A DNA stretch of 63,651 bases, filler included, from Octopus bimaculoides (GCF_001194135.2; 7 parts of 6 records of this genome joined end to end with filler, not necessarily neighbours in it), one strand, 5' to 3'. Counted from the whole stretch's first letter, positions 40,823 to 53,829 are shown. The notes: a model not told the origin generated them from the letters alone. Program-made: numbers and translations.

Positions 40823-41437
40823 CGCATACATACATACATACATATATACATAATTGTATACATACATATATATGTACATATATATATACACACTCCCATA
40901 TACACACCTTCATACATACACTTTCAACAATGACGTGCATCCGTTGACTCACGTGCAGGCATACGCTTCTACCCAGTCGCTTATACACACTCCACTCGAC
41001 ACAGACATAAAGCAAAGTTAATTAATAAAAACACCTGCCGCAAAAGTCTGTGTTTATGTGATGGTGATGGTGGTGGTGGTGATGGGAGGATGGTGGTGGT
41101 TATAGTGACGCCGTCGGTGGTTGCGTGTGGTGGTGTCGGACGGTGGCGGTGATGTTGAGACTGGTACGGTGTCCGAGGTGGAGGTGATGGTGACTGGTAA
41201 ATAACTCGTCCAGAAACTACTACTGAAAGGGACTTAGATGTTCCTCCTTATTTTAAGACGGGGGCTCGTCAGTGCTTATTATATACATATATGTCCTGCT
41301 TATATACATAACCTCGCTTTACACGCTTATGTATGTGTGTATGCATGTATGTATGTGCATATATAATGGATATACTTGCCCTGGACGGAATTTGATCTTC
41401 GAACGTAAAGACGGACGAAATGCTGGCAGAATGTATG

Positions 41438-41505
<68 letters not shown>

Positions 41506-42416
41506 NNNNNNNNNNNNNNNNNNNNNNNNNNNNNNNNNNNNNNNNNNNNNNNNNNNNNNNNNNNNNNNNNNNNNNNNNNNNNNNNNNNNNNNNNNNNNNN
41601 NNNNNNNNNNNNNNNNNNNNNNNNNNNNNNNNNNNNNNNNNNNNNNNNNNNNNNNNNNNNNNNNNNNNNNNNNNNNNNNNNNNNNNNNNNNNNNNNNNNN
41701 NNNNNNNNNNNNNNNNNNNNNNNNNNNNNNNNNNNNNNNNNNNNNNNNNNNNNNNNNNNNNNNNNNNNNNNNNNNNNNNNNNNNNNNNNNNNNNNNNNNN
41801 NNNNNNNNNNNNNNNNNNNNNNNNNNNNNNNNNNNNNNNNNNNNNNNNNNNNNNNNNNNNNNNNNNNNNNNNNNNNNNNNNNNNNNNNNNNNNNNNNNNN
41901 NNNNNNNNNNNNNNNNNNNNNNNNNNNNNNNNNNNNNNNNNNNNNNNNNNNNNNNNNNNNNNNNNNNNNNNNNNNNNNNNNNNNNNNNNNNNNNNNNNNN
42001 NNNNNNNNNNNNNNNNNNNNNNNNNNNNNNNNNNNNNNNNNNNNNNNNNNNNNNNNNNNNNNNNNNNNNNNNNNNNNNNNNNNNNNNNNNNNNNNNNNNN
42101 NNNNNNNTTGGATGCTACAGCTTCAGTTCTATTATCTGCACAACACATTCCTTGGAACTGCAGCTGTAACATCCAACATTTATTTTTATTTTTATTTTTA
42201 TTCTCATATTTTCTTTTATACTTCTTATTTCTCACCCTTTCCAAGATAATTCCTTATAATGAACTCTACTATTCCCTTCTACTTAACTCTCTCATATCGT
42301 CTCTGATGATTCGATATCTTTTATATCCATGAAACAGCTGTAAGATTACCTTTCTCTTTATAAATAAATGTCCTACAAATTTCACATTGCCTTGGCTTTG
42401 TTGTCTCATTTTATTC

Positions 42417-42484
<68 letters not shown>

Positions 42485-42625
42485 GAGTTATTACAGAGTG
42501 GCATAACATTACATTTAAATCCTTTTACATACACAGTTTTACATAGACCTACACATGTTTCATCGGTGCAGTTGAAACCTCTGTTGGTCTATGTAAAGCT
42601 ATTTGCATATAAAAAGAATTAAGGT

Positions 42626-42680
<55 letters not shown>

Positions 42681-42953
42681 GTTGTTGCTGTTGTTGTTGT
42701 TGTTGTGGTTGTTGTTGTTGTTGTTGTTGTTGTTGTTGCTGTTGTTGTTGTTGTTGTTGTTGATGTTTCTATATACTCCAGGAAGCCTTTATGGATACGA
42801 TAATATATTCAGGATTATCCAACGGAATACAACTCTAAATCCTTATCTCATGAGAATATTATTGGATTTCTATAAGTAAGATCGGCCGTAACGGATTATA
42901 CAATACTGTACTCTTCGATAAATATACCAACTGTTGACCAATATACAAGTCGC

Positions 42954-43352
42954 TTTCTTTCTTTTACTTGTTTCAGTCATTTGGCTGCAGCGATGCCGAA
43001 ACACCGCCTTTTAGTCGAACAAATTGATCCCAGGATTTATTCTTTGTAAGCCTAGTACTTATTCTATTGGTCTCTGTTTGCCGAAACGCTAAGTTACGGG
43101 GACGTAAACACGCCAGCATCGGTTGTCAAGCAATGGTGAGGGAGGGACAAACACAGGCACACAAACATAAATACACACACACATATATACGACAGGCTTC
43201 TTTCAGTTTCTGTCTACCAACTCCACTCACAAAGCTTTGGTTGGTCCGAGGCTATAGTAGAAGACACTCGCCCAAGGTGTCACGCAGTGGGACTGAACCT
43301 GGAACCATGTGGTTGGGAAGCAAGCTACTTCCCACGCAGCCACTTCCTGTGC
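42954..43352 (-). mobile_element. Family-A SINE, full length
   Basis: Colinear with 8974-9368. Confidence 0.9.
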
Positions 43353-43836
43353 ATGTTCTTTCTAACTTATGGGAGAATCCGTGGATGATAAGCATGTGTA
43401 AGTGTGTGTGCGCGCGTTTTTTTTTTTTTTGTGTGTGTGTGTGTGTGTGTGTGTTTATGCTTATATTCATATATATGGTGAACAGTTATGTTTCATTAAA
43501 TACACGACTACGTTCAAGTTTTATCCATTTTATTTTATATATATTTGTTTTATGGAGGTGAAAAAGACAAACGACAAAATTATATTAAACAATACAGAAA
43601 CAATTTTTAGTAAAACACCGAACATTTTCTGCAGATACATTAGATAGAAGAACATAAAAGAGCTGTACAAGCCTTCAATCAGTATATAAAAACAACACAA
43701 ACGCTAAATATATTCAATACAATTTTTGAAAATGAGACTGTGAAGATCTAGAAACGTCGAATATGTAAAACAAATGTAAAAGCTAACAAGAAAATAAGAA
43801 AAATACAGAGTAATGTACATAGTTGTGTATTTAATG

Positions 43837-43890
<54 letters not shown>

Positions 43891-44169
43891 GTAGATGTAT
43901 AAAATATTATACATATGTATATATGTATATGCATATGATTCTATGCAAGCAGGTGTATTTATTTGTGCATTTATTTGTGTATCTATATGTGTATCATACA
44001 AAGATACGTAGATATATGTGTGCATACACACAAGTCTATGTAGTTATGTATGAATCTACATTTTTATTTTCTCCCATATTTTTTACCGAGTGAAGAAGTT
44101 AACAGGTTATAAGAAAAAAAAACAAAAAAAAAAACAGGGTAAAAATAACTAAAAATCCAGTCTTTGAGA

Positions 44170-44600
44170 TGGCAGGCAAATCTCAATGGCTTTGGTATTG
44201 CTATCACTTCTTTTTTTTTTCATCTGAAAGATTTGGTCATATACAAAATACTTGGAAGATTTGCCAGGTAAAACTAAACTGAGGTTATGGTCTGAAGAAT
44301 GAACTAAAGTACCAAGAAAACGACAACATTAGCGAAAGTGGATCTCTGGAATGAACTAAGATCTTACAAAAGAATTATTTCCTGGTGATGTAAAGCTTCC
44401 GATAAATTCATCAACAGTAAAATGTTTTATGATGCCAAGCCAAATCTGTGGGTTGCATTAAGAATAATGCTTACGGTATTTGCAACCATGGCCACAGGAG
44501 GGAGAAAATTCGGTATCTTGACGGTCGTCCATGACGTAACACAGATGAAATATTTGGCAATTTTATCAATAGAAATGATATTGTGAAAAGAAAAAATATG
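44170..44600 (+). mobile_element. hAT transposase C-terminal (dimerisation domain) remnant, Tip100/ZMYM1-like
   Basis: DLWNELR, PNLWVALRIMLTVFATMATGGRKF (PNLxIALRIxLTxPVTVASGERSF-like) and AILSIE. Confidence 0.6.
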
Positions 44601-44717
44601 TTCTGTAAAAAGTATTTGCGAATTAATAAAAGAGAAACATATTTATGTCAGAATATTGTTAGAATACTGTATGGTTTTCATTATCTGCTCTTTAAATTAT
44701 TCCGAAAATATTTTAAC

Positions 44718-45172
44718 AGGCGCAGGAGTGGCTGTGAGGTAAGTAGCTTGCCTACCAACCAGATGGTTCCGGGTTCATTCCCACTGCGTGGCACCTTGGG
44801 CAAGTGTCTTCTACTATAGCCTCGGGCCGACCAAAGCCTTGTGAGTAGATTTGGTAGACGGAACCTGAAAGAAGCCCGTCGTATATATGTATATGTAAAT
44901 ATATATATATATGTGTGTGTTTGTGTGTCTGTGTTTGTCCCAACATCGCTTGACAACCGATGCTGGTGTGTTTACGTCCCCGTAACTTACCGGTTCAGCC
45001 TAAGAGACCGATAGAATAAGTACTAGGCTTACAAAGAATAAGTCCTGGGGTCGATTTGTTTGACTAAAGGTGGTGCTCCAGCATGGCCGCAGTCAAAAAA
45101 TTACTGAAACAAGTAAAAGAGTAAAAGAGTAAAGAGTAAAGAGTAAAGTGTAAAGAGTAAAGTGTAAAGAGT
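44718..45172 (+). mobile_element. Family-A SINE, full length, with an expanded (AAAGAGT)n tail
   Basis: A box TGGCTGTGAGG, B box GGTTCATTCCC, internal (TA/TG)n and tail repeats to 45172. Confidence 0.92.
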
Positions 45173-45270
45173 ATGTACAGAAGACCAGAGGCAACCTACA
45201 GGCTTTCCCTCATATCTCCTGTATTTTTAACAAACATGTCTTGAGATCATTGATAGTAATGTAGACAGAT

Positions 45271-45321
<51 letters not shown>

Positions 45322-46148
45322 CTCTCTCTCTCTCTCTCTCTTTCTCCTCCTCTCACTCTCTTTCTCCTTGTTACATCAATATAATATTTCATCAATACAG
45401 TATTAACCCGAATTTACCCTGTTTTATAATATTTCAGACTTTGTCTGTTGTGTTTCAATTGTTCTCTTTAACGTGTATATTATAACAAACTCTTGATTCT
45501 TGCATTAACGGAAATTCCTCCTATGTAGATGCCAGCCATTCTGTTGGAAGTCAACGGAACTTCACCGTCAAAACAAAGTGCCAGCGCAGGAGCCTCAATG
45601 ATGTCACGCTATCTACTAGAAATAGCAGCCAAATCGTTTTTAATTAATAATCTTCTACATTAAAATAAAAGGACTGTTATGATACGGGCATTGAAGCTAT
45701 GTTCATATAAAGAGACGGAAACTTCTTTCGTTATGTCTTCTCGATAGGGACAAGCGTGAAACAAAAACAACTTTTATTTCTAATTTGGGCACAAGGACAG
45801 CAATTTTGAACGAAGTGGGAAAGTCGATTACATCTACCCTAGCACATGACTGGTACTTTTTTTATCAAAAGGCAAAGTCAACTTTTTCGGCCTCAAAGAG
45901 TAGTATAAAGAAAAAAAATAATAAAGGGCCACTCGACCTGAAGAAAATTCTAACTGGGCCCCTACCTGGAAGGTCGTGCGTTGTTAATCTTGATATGAGA
46001 TCACCATGTCACGCATGTGCCTGATGTACCCTTGTCAGGCGGGTAGTCACGATGGGTATATTGGGCTTCGTATATATTACCCCAATGTCACTTTGATGGC
46101 ATACACTGATCTCTCACTGAAATAATAATAATAATAATAATGATAACG

Positions 46149-46220
<72 letters not shown>

Positions 46221-46221
<1 letters not shown>

Positions 46222-46661
46222 GTCAACCATTGTTTTTCACTAGACGTCAACGAGATAATGGAAAAGGAAATGAAAGAGTAACTGAGGATGGAGTATTTCC
46301 GGAGACTGAGGTTGGTGCTGCGCCCAAAATTGACTGGATGGAATAAAGTCCAAGCAGTTAATTCGTGGGTAATTGCATCACTTTGGTATGGAGCGGGAAT
46401 TATAAAATGGCAACAGAGAGAAATGAAGAAAATGGATACCAAAATCAGAAGAATATTGACAGTACACAGAGCCTTTCACCCTAAGAGTGATACCGACAGG
46501 CTGTACTTGTCCAGAAGAAAGGGTGGGAGAGGTTTGATCAGTTGCCAGGACTGCATCGAAACAGAAGAAAAGAGCCTAGGGTGGTATATAAGAAATGCCG
46601 TGGAGCCATTGTTGAAATACACGAAGAAGGCCGGAGTCATCAAAATTGAAAATTGTATAAC
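46221..46661 (+). mobile_element. R4/Dong-like LINE fragment (post-RT region) directly after (TAA)n
   Basis: EYFRRLRLVL...NKVQAVNSW...FHPKSDTDRLYLSRRKGGRGLIS. Confidence 0.85.
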
Positions 46662-46820
46662 TACATCGACCCCAGTACTCAACTGGTACTTAATTTATCG
46701 ACCCCGAAAGATGGCACGCAAAGCTGACTTCAACGGAATTTGAACTCAGAGGGTAAAGGCGGACGAAATGCCGCTAAGCATTTCGTCCGGCATGCTAACG
46801 GTTCTGCCAGTTCATTGCCT
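46662..46820 (-). mobile_element. SINE family B, 3'-truncated
   Basis: TACATCGACCCCAGT...GGAATTTGAACTCAG...TTCTGCCAG. Confidence 0.8.
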
Positions 46821-46833
46821 TAAGAAGAAGAAA

Positions 46834-46871
<38 letters not shown>

Positions 46872-46887
46872 GAAGAAGAAGAAGAAG

Positions 46888-46919
<32 letters not shown>

Positions 46920-47782
46920 CTGCAACAATTACAACAACAAAACGAAATAGAAGCTGTGCTGTCCCTGCTATATTACAAGACAATAAATGGAAACAGTATT
47001 TGGGATGACAACAAATCTTATATTACCATTTTATTCCAAAATTGGCCGACATTCCTAATAAACTGTGTTGAGAAAGTTCGAAGATTGTTGTTCTATAACC
47101 AGAAAATTAAGCAGATGTTTCCTGTAATGTCCTTGTTTTTCAAACCAAGTATTGTTCCCGCACGTAACCCACTGCAGCCGCTTAAGTACATAGCTACCTA
47201 ACACTATTTTCCTCGATGTTCAGTAATTCGGCTGCTTTTGGTGTTCAACAAGGAAGCTTCACCTTTCATAAATAGTAATCTAATTACAGTGAAATCACAC
47301 CTTATCGCCTCAAATCAGCAAATTACAGCATAGGCTGTGTAATCCGATATGTACAAAAGGACGGAATCACATCTATCTACCTACCTACCTCTCTGTCTGT
47401 CCGTCAGTCTGTCTGTTAATCTATCTATCTTTTTATCTGTCTATTTATCTGTGAAAGCCCACCGTATGTATGTATGTATGTACGTACGTATGTATGTACG
47501 TACGTATGGCTGTATATATNNNNNNNNNNNNNNNNNNNNNNNNNNNNNNNNNNNNNNNNNNNNNNNNNNNNNNNNNNNNNNNNNNNNNNNNNNNNNNNNN
47601 NNNNNNNNNNNNNNNNNNNNNNNNNNNNNNNNNNNNNNNNNNNNNNNNNNNNNNNNNNNNNNNNNNNNNNNNNNNNNNNNNNNNNNNNNNNNNNNAAAAA
47701 TGTGTAAAGTTGAGCAGTCCAACATGGCGAAATGATTAGAAAAAAAGAGGTTGACTGAAAGTGAGATCATAATAATAATAAC

Positions 47783-47848
<66 letters not shown>

Positions 47849-47904
47849 GGTAAAGGTAATGGTAACCTCAATGAACTAAGCTGTGCAAGCGTGCGTGTGT
47901 ATAT

Positions 47905-47979
47905 GAGAATGGTGTGTGTGAGAATGGTGTGTGTGAGAATGGTGTGTGTGAGAATGGTGTGTGTGAGAATGGTGTGTGT
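47905..47979. repeat. 15-bp tandem repeat (GAGAATGGTGTGTGT) x5
   Basis: Read directly. Confidence 0.95.
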
Positions 47980-48034
47980 AAGTGCGTATGTGTGAATGTG
48001 GACGAGTGAGTCTAGCGTGTGTGTGTGTGTGTGT

Positions 48035-48076
<42 letters not shown>

Positions 48077-48169
48077 AGTATTTGATGTGTGCTTGTTCAG
48101 GTGGTGTGGGCACAGGTGTGTGTATGTGTGTGTGTGTGACCAAATAGTGTGTATGTTTGTGAGTGAAAG

Positions 48170-48400
48170 ACGCTTATTTTACTTTGCTCCAGTCCACTCA
48201 ACTGGCAAAAATGAGTCGTACCTGTAATTCAAAGGGGAAAACCTTGTCACATTCTGTGTCAGGCTAAATCTCCCCGAGAACTACGTTAAGGTTACACGTG
48301 CTGTGGAGTGCTCAACCACTTGCACGTTAATTTCACAAGCAGACCGTTCCGTTGACCAGATCAAGTGGAACCGACGAGGTTCTGATCGTGGTAACCGGCG
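48170..48400 (+). mobile_element. SINE family C core and 3' part
   Basis: GCTCCAGTCCACTCAACTGGCAAAAATGAGT core plus homology to 12900-13060. Confidence 0.65.
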
Positions 48401-48720
48401 GGGGTTCCAGTTGATTTGTTGTAAGTCAATACCTGCAGGAAATACATGAGCAGGGAGATGATTCCGAAGAGATCATATTCCGGAGTGGAAAGATTTAGTG
48501 CGGGACCGAAAGAGGGATCCTACAAGGGTGATGAGAGGTGGCGAGACTTGTTGGCCAAGGTGGGTTCGCCTATGTGGTGGAGGGACACGACTAAGCCCTC
48601 CATGTCCATACTGACAATAACGTTGCTACTCTTTACTTTCACACTTTTACTCAGGGACTTGGCAAAAGTCGGCGATGCCGGTCTTCTTTCTCTAAGTCAC
48701 GTAAACTCAAATATACCCAG
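48400..48720 (-). mobile_element. CR1/L2-like LINE 3' coding remnant
   Basis: Minus-strand frame RTKSFHSGI*SLRNHLPAHVFPAGIDLQ resembles the LWNxLPxxVFPxxxDLxxFK end of CR1-type ORF2. Confidence 0.45.
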
Positions 48721-49590
48721 TTAAGCATTTAGTGTGGTGCTCGGTGCTTTTCTACTCCCAAACAATTATTGCTGTTGTTTTCAGCTCGTAAAAGGCAAGA
48801 AAAGAAACCAAGTAAGTATGAAATATGAAGTAATAAAACCTGTCAATGTGAACCTAATGCTTCTTCACAACATTTTCCAGCGTTGTCGTTCGTCTCTCTT
48901 TCTTTTTCACCTTTTGTAAATTCCATTCACGAAAAGAAATTAGCAAACTTGATTTCATATTTCTTTTTTGTTATTGGTGACAATAGCTTGAATGTGCAAC
49001 ATTTATTGTTGACGAACTATCTTGGTTAGCATTTAAGGAAATCCACTAACTGGTTGTGTTATTCAGAATTTATCAAAAAAATATGTTGTGTCATCAACGT
49101 TTCTTCTTTCGTTCCAACGCATACTTTTATGAAGCCAAGTATTTCTATAGAGCTACAGAAAATCTCTTTTAGTCGACTTACCAGCCAATTTACTATAACT
49201 AATATCTCTATCTTTGATACCAATAAACTTTAAACGAACAACAGCTACTTTTGTATCTTTATACAATAGCAGCCATAAACCTTTTTCGTTTTTCATCCTG
49301 ACCCATTTTGACAAATCAATAATCCTCGTTGAGACTTTTTCAAAAAATATTTAAATAAAAAGAAACAAAGAAGGCACACGTAACAGGCGATACTTTGTAA
49401 ATGTGGCGTTGAGGCTCTCATGCGAAGGTTCGTGGCCTCGTGGTTAGTGTGTTGGTCTCGGAATTATTACAAGTCGTTTATTCAATTCTTGAATCGGGCA
49501 ACGCGTGTGTTCCTAACACTTTACATGCCCCGTGTGTTACATATGTATATTTCCCTGATGTTCTTCCATCATATATGATACATATTCTAA

Positions 49591-49630
<40 letters not shown>

Positions 49631-49917
49631 NNNNNNNNNNNNNNNNNNNNNNNNNNNNNNNNNNNNNNNNNNNNTTAATTAATTAANNNNNNNNNNNNNN
49701 NNNNNNNNNNNNNNNNNNNNNNNNNNNNNNAATACTCCTGTAATTCACTAAATTATTATTACTAGTATTATTGTTGTAATTATTAATGCTGAACTTACAA
49801 GCAATTAAGAAAAAAAACTTGCACACAAACATTAAGACAACAACAACAGAAAAGACCTCACAAACTAAGCCACCCATTTGTAAACAAGCATTATTATTAT
49901 TATTATTATTATTATTA

Positions 49918-52040
49918 AGGTGACAAGCTGGCAGAATTGGTAGCATGCTGGGCAAAACGCTTGGCAGCATTTTGTTTGGATCTTTATGTTCTGAGTTCAA
50001 ATTCTGCCAGGGTTAACTTTATCTTTCATTCTCTTGGGGGTCGATAAAATAAGTACCAGTTGTGTACTGGGGGTCGATGTAATTGACTATCCCTTACCCC
50101 AAATTTCAGGCTTGTTCCAAAATTTGAAACCATTATTATTATTATTATTATGCTGACCAAAATGTTACTGCACCAGACAAAATGCTTAGCAGCATTGTGT
50201 TTGGATCTTTATGTTCTGAGTTCAAATTCTGCTGAGGTTGATTTTTGCCTTACATCCTTTACAGGGTTGATGAAATAAAATTCAGTTGAGAACAGGGGTT
50301 GGTGTAACCCCATCAACTTGTCCCCCTACCCCAAAATTTCAGGCTTTGTACCTACAAAAGAAGGGATTATTATTATTTTGTCCATTGGTATCATAGGATG
50401 CTGGATAGATAGGCAGGTTAAGTTGCTCAGAGTCTGGTTTGGGCCAGATCTCCAAGTGGAGAAGAACTTTGATGAAGTGGCAAAGCAAGATGGGTCTGTC
50501 TTACCGAGAAATGGGCCAGGAGGAAGCTATCCTTCAAGGATCAGATCCTTAATATTTTTATTAATGAGATTGTAAGCTGGCAGAATCATTAGTATGTGAG
50601 ACTTAATGCTTAGTTGCATTTCTTCCATTTCCCTATCTTCTGAGTTCAGACTCCACTGAGGTCGACTTTGCCTTTCATCCTTTTGGGGTTGAGCACTGGG
50701 GTTGTTGCAATCAACTTATCTCCTCCCATGATCTTGCTGGCCTTGTGCCAAAATTTGAAATCATTATTATTATTAAGGTCATGGGACTGTTAGAATTATT
50801 TACACCTCTACAGTTTTTGTTCCAGGGCTTCACATTCTGAGTTCAAATCTTGCTGTGGTCTATTTTTCCTTTCACCTTTTCCAGTGTCAGTACCATAAAG
50901 AACCAGTAAAATGGTGGGGCTGATAAAATCTAGTCTTTCCTTCCCCCAGTATAATTGATGGAAATTCTTATATATTATATGCTCACAAACATAAAAATAA
51001 GGGCAAGAATGAATATAAAGAAAATAATATTTCAAACACAGTATAGCCATGAAAAGAGCAGAAAGATTGTGTATATTATCCTTATATGTCAGCTGACAAC
51101 TTTTTCTGTCATATAAGGGTAAAATATCCAGTCTTTCTGCTGTTTTCATGGCTACACTGCGTTCGAAATGTTACTTTCTTGTCTGTGTGATACAATACAC
51201 ATTCAACACTTCCACCCCAAAAAACAAAGTTCTATGTTGTTGCATATATATATATATCGTGATGTAAGCAAGAAAAATGAAACTCAAAATATGAAAATAT
51301 ATATATAAATATATATGTATATGTGTGTGTATGTATATATGTGTGTATATATGTATAAGGTTTTCATCATATTCACCTGGCATTGTAATTGTTTTTATAA
51401 TTTGTTCCAGAACATTCTGTGGAAATATTATTGTCACCAGTTTATAAATTTGTGACTCCTTGATTTGAAACCAGTCTGATGAGTGCCAATGCATGAAACT
51501 CCTGGTCTTAAATTCTGCTGATTCTTAATAAAAAATAACATATAGATTTTATCATACCACCCATCTTCATTCCACTTTGTATCAATAATAATTCTTTCTA
51601 CTATAGGCACCAGGCTTGAAATTTTGCGGGAGGGAGTAAGTTGATTACATTGACACCAGTGTTTAACTGGTACTTATTTTACCGACCCTGAAAGGATGAA
51701 AGGCAAAGTCAATCCCAGTGGAATTTGATCTCAAAATGTGAAGACAGACGAAATACTGCTAAGCATTTTGTCTGGCGTGCTAACAATTCTACCAGCTCAC
51801 CATCTTGTTTGCATCGATAAAATATTCATGATTATAATAATTGTATTATAGGCACAGGGTTAATAATTATAGTGGGTGGAAGATTAAGTTGATTACATCA
51901 ACACCAGTACGTGACTGGTATTTCATTTTCTCAACTCCCGAAAGGATGAATGGTAAAGTTGATCTTGGAAGCATTTGAAATTAGAAATGTAAAGAGTTGG
52001 AAGAAATACCACTAAGCATTTTGTGCGGCGTGCTAATGAT
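49918..52040. mobile_element. Cluster of six family-B SINEs: plus at 49918-50132, 50150-50365, 50568-50762, 50775-50945; minus at 51593-51805, 51845-52040
   Basis: Repeated (G)AGCTGGCAGAAT...TTCTGAGTTCAAAT...GGGGTCGAT blocks; the plus-strand copies are separated by (ATT)n. Confidence 0.8.
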
Positions 52041-52606
52041 TCTGCCAGCTCACTACCTTCCTTTGATGATAATAATCGTAATGATGGTTGTGATGATGAT
52101 GAAAGCAGGGAAAGAAATAAAAATATAAAATAAAAACAGTAGAAAGTGAAATGAAAGGTTGGAGAAAAACACCCCTTCCCCCATCTGTTTCTGTTATCAC
52201 TTCATCTTCTTCATTTTCCCCTCATCTGACTGTCCCCACTTTTTTTTTTAATTTAATTTTTAAGTGGGGAGTGTCTTTCGTCTTCATGCAGCCATACTTA
52301 CGCACACACATATTTGCAAAGACCTGCACAAACACATATGCTGTACATTGTCGCAAACAGACAGACAGACAGACACACACACACAGACGTGCATGCACGC
52401 ACACTCACTTGCTCGAACCAACACGGACACTCCACTCAGGACTGAACAAAACTGTTTAGTGTAAAGCGGTAAACCTTTCTAGTGAACATTTGGTAAGTTA
52501 ACGAGAATATTTAGTTGAAATGTAAAGTAAAATAAAGTCTAATAACAGTGAACGATCGACGTTGGTGTTGTTGTTGCCTTTTTTGTTTTATAAGTTCTTG
52601 GTTCTG

Positions 52607-52829
52607 TGGTGGTTTAGAAGTTCGTTAGAGCATCAGGCTCACAATCATGAGGTAGTGAGTTCAATTCCCGGACCGGGCTTTGTGTGGTAAGTAGCTTGCT
52701 TACAAACCACATGGTTCTGGGTTCAGTCCCACTGCGTGGCACCTTGGGCAAGTGTCTTCTACTATAGCCTCGGGCCGACCAAAGCCTTGTGAGTGGATTT
52801 GGTAGACGGAAACTGAAAGAAGCCCGTCG

Positions 52830-52866
<37 letters not shown>

Positions 52867-53305
52867 CTGTGTTTGTCCCCCCACCATCGCTTGACAACTG
52901 ATGCTGGTGTGTTTACGTCCCCGTAACTTAGCGGTTTGGCAAAAAGAGACCGATAGAATAAGTACTAGGCTTACAAAGAATAAGTCCTGGGGTCGATTTG
53001 ATTCGGCTAAAGGCGGTGCTCCAGCATGGCCGCAGTCAAATGACTGAAACAAGTAAAAGAGTAAGACACTTTATTTCACGTTGCTCCAGTTCACTCATCT
53101 GTAGAAATGAGTTGCAATGCTACTCGTGCCAAGCTGCATCAACCTTTGCCTTTCTTTAAATAACATCAACGGTGTGGATAGAGGAGGCTGGTATGCATGG
53201 GCGACTGCTGATCCATAAACAACCTTTCCCAGACTTGTGCCTCGGAGGGGAACTTTCTTAGTGCAATCCTATGGTCATTCATAACCGAAGGGGGTCTTCA
53301 CCCTT
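52607..53305 (+). mobile_element. tRNA-headed SINE (family D) interrupted by a family-A SINE at 52681-53062
   Basis: Head GTTAGAGCATCAGGCTCACAATCATGAGG..GAGTTCAATTCCCGG; it resumes at 53063 with AAGACACTTTATTTCACGTTGCTCCAGTTCACTC. Confidence 0.7.
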
Positions 53306-53314
53306 TTAGTTAGA

Positions 53315-53645
53315 GGTTTCAAGATTAGTCCCATGCCAGGGCACCTTGGGCAAGTGACTTCTACTATACCCCACCAAGCCAGCCAAAGCCTTGTGGATAG
53401 ATTTAGTTGATAGAAACTATGGAATCTTGCCATGTGTGTAAGTGTGAGGATGTTTGTGTCTCTTCATCTTAAAATCGTGTAATTGTTGTCATTCATTTCC
53501 AATATGCTACAAAAGCACATCTGGCGGTGGGGAAATGTTACCTTGATTGGTGACAGGAACGGCGTCTAGCTGTAGAAAATTTGCCTCACAAAACTCTAAC
53601 AGATCCATGCAAGCATAGAGAAGTGAATTCTAAAAATGATATGTT
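53315..53645 (+). mobile_element. Family-A-type head joined to an alternative 3' tail
   Basis: GGCACCTTGGGCAAGTG core, then GGTGACAGGAACGGCGTCTAGCTGTAGAAA...CCATGCAAGCAT, similar to 54185-54320. Confidence 0.55.
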
Positions 53646-53829
53646 ATGTGTGTGTGTGCACGTGTCTTCTACTATAGTCCTGAGCTGACCATGATTTGTG
53701 AGTGGATTTGGTAGATGGAAACTGAAAGAAGCCCCTTGTGTGTATGTGTATATGTATGTATATGTACTAGACTACCTGTATATTTACATGCCTCAGCCAG
53801 TCCACTTAGGCATACCTTCCTTCATTGAA

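Noticed and set aside
40478-40890. About 80-bp direct duplication within (TA/CA) arrays
   Set aside because: Low-complexity slippage or assembly duplication.
41225-41278. Minus-strand CTGACGA...GAAC...GTC hammerhead-like string
   Set aside because: The GAAA core is incomplete, and stems I and II do not pair.
44718-44790. tRNA genes at A/B-box motifs (also 52607, 55903 and others)
   Set aside because: They continue into SINE bodies and do not form full cloverleafs.
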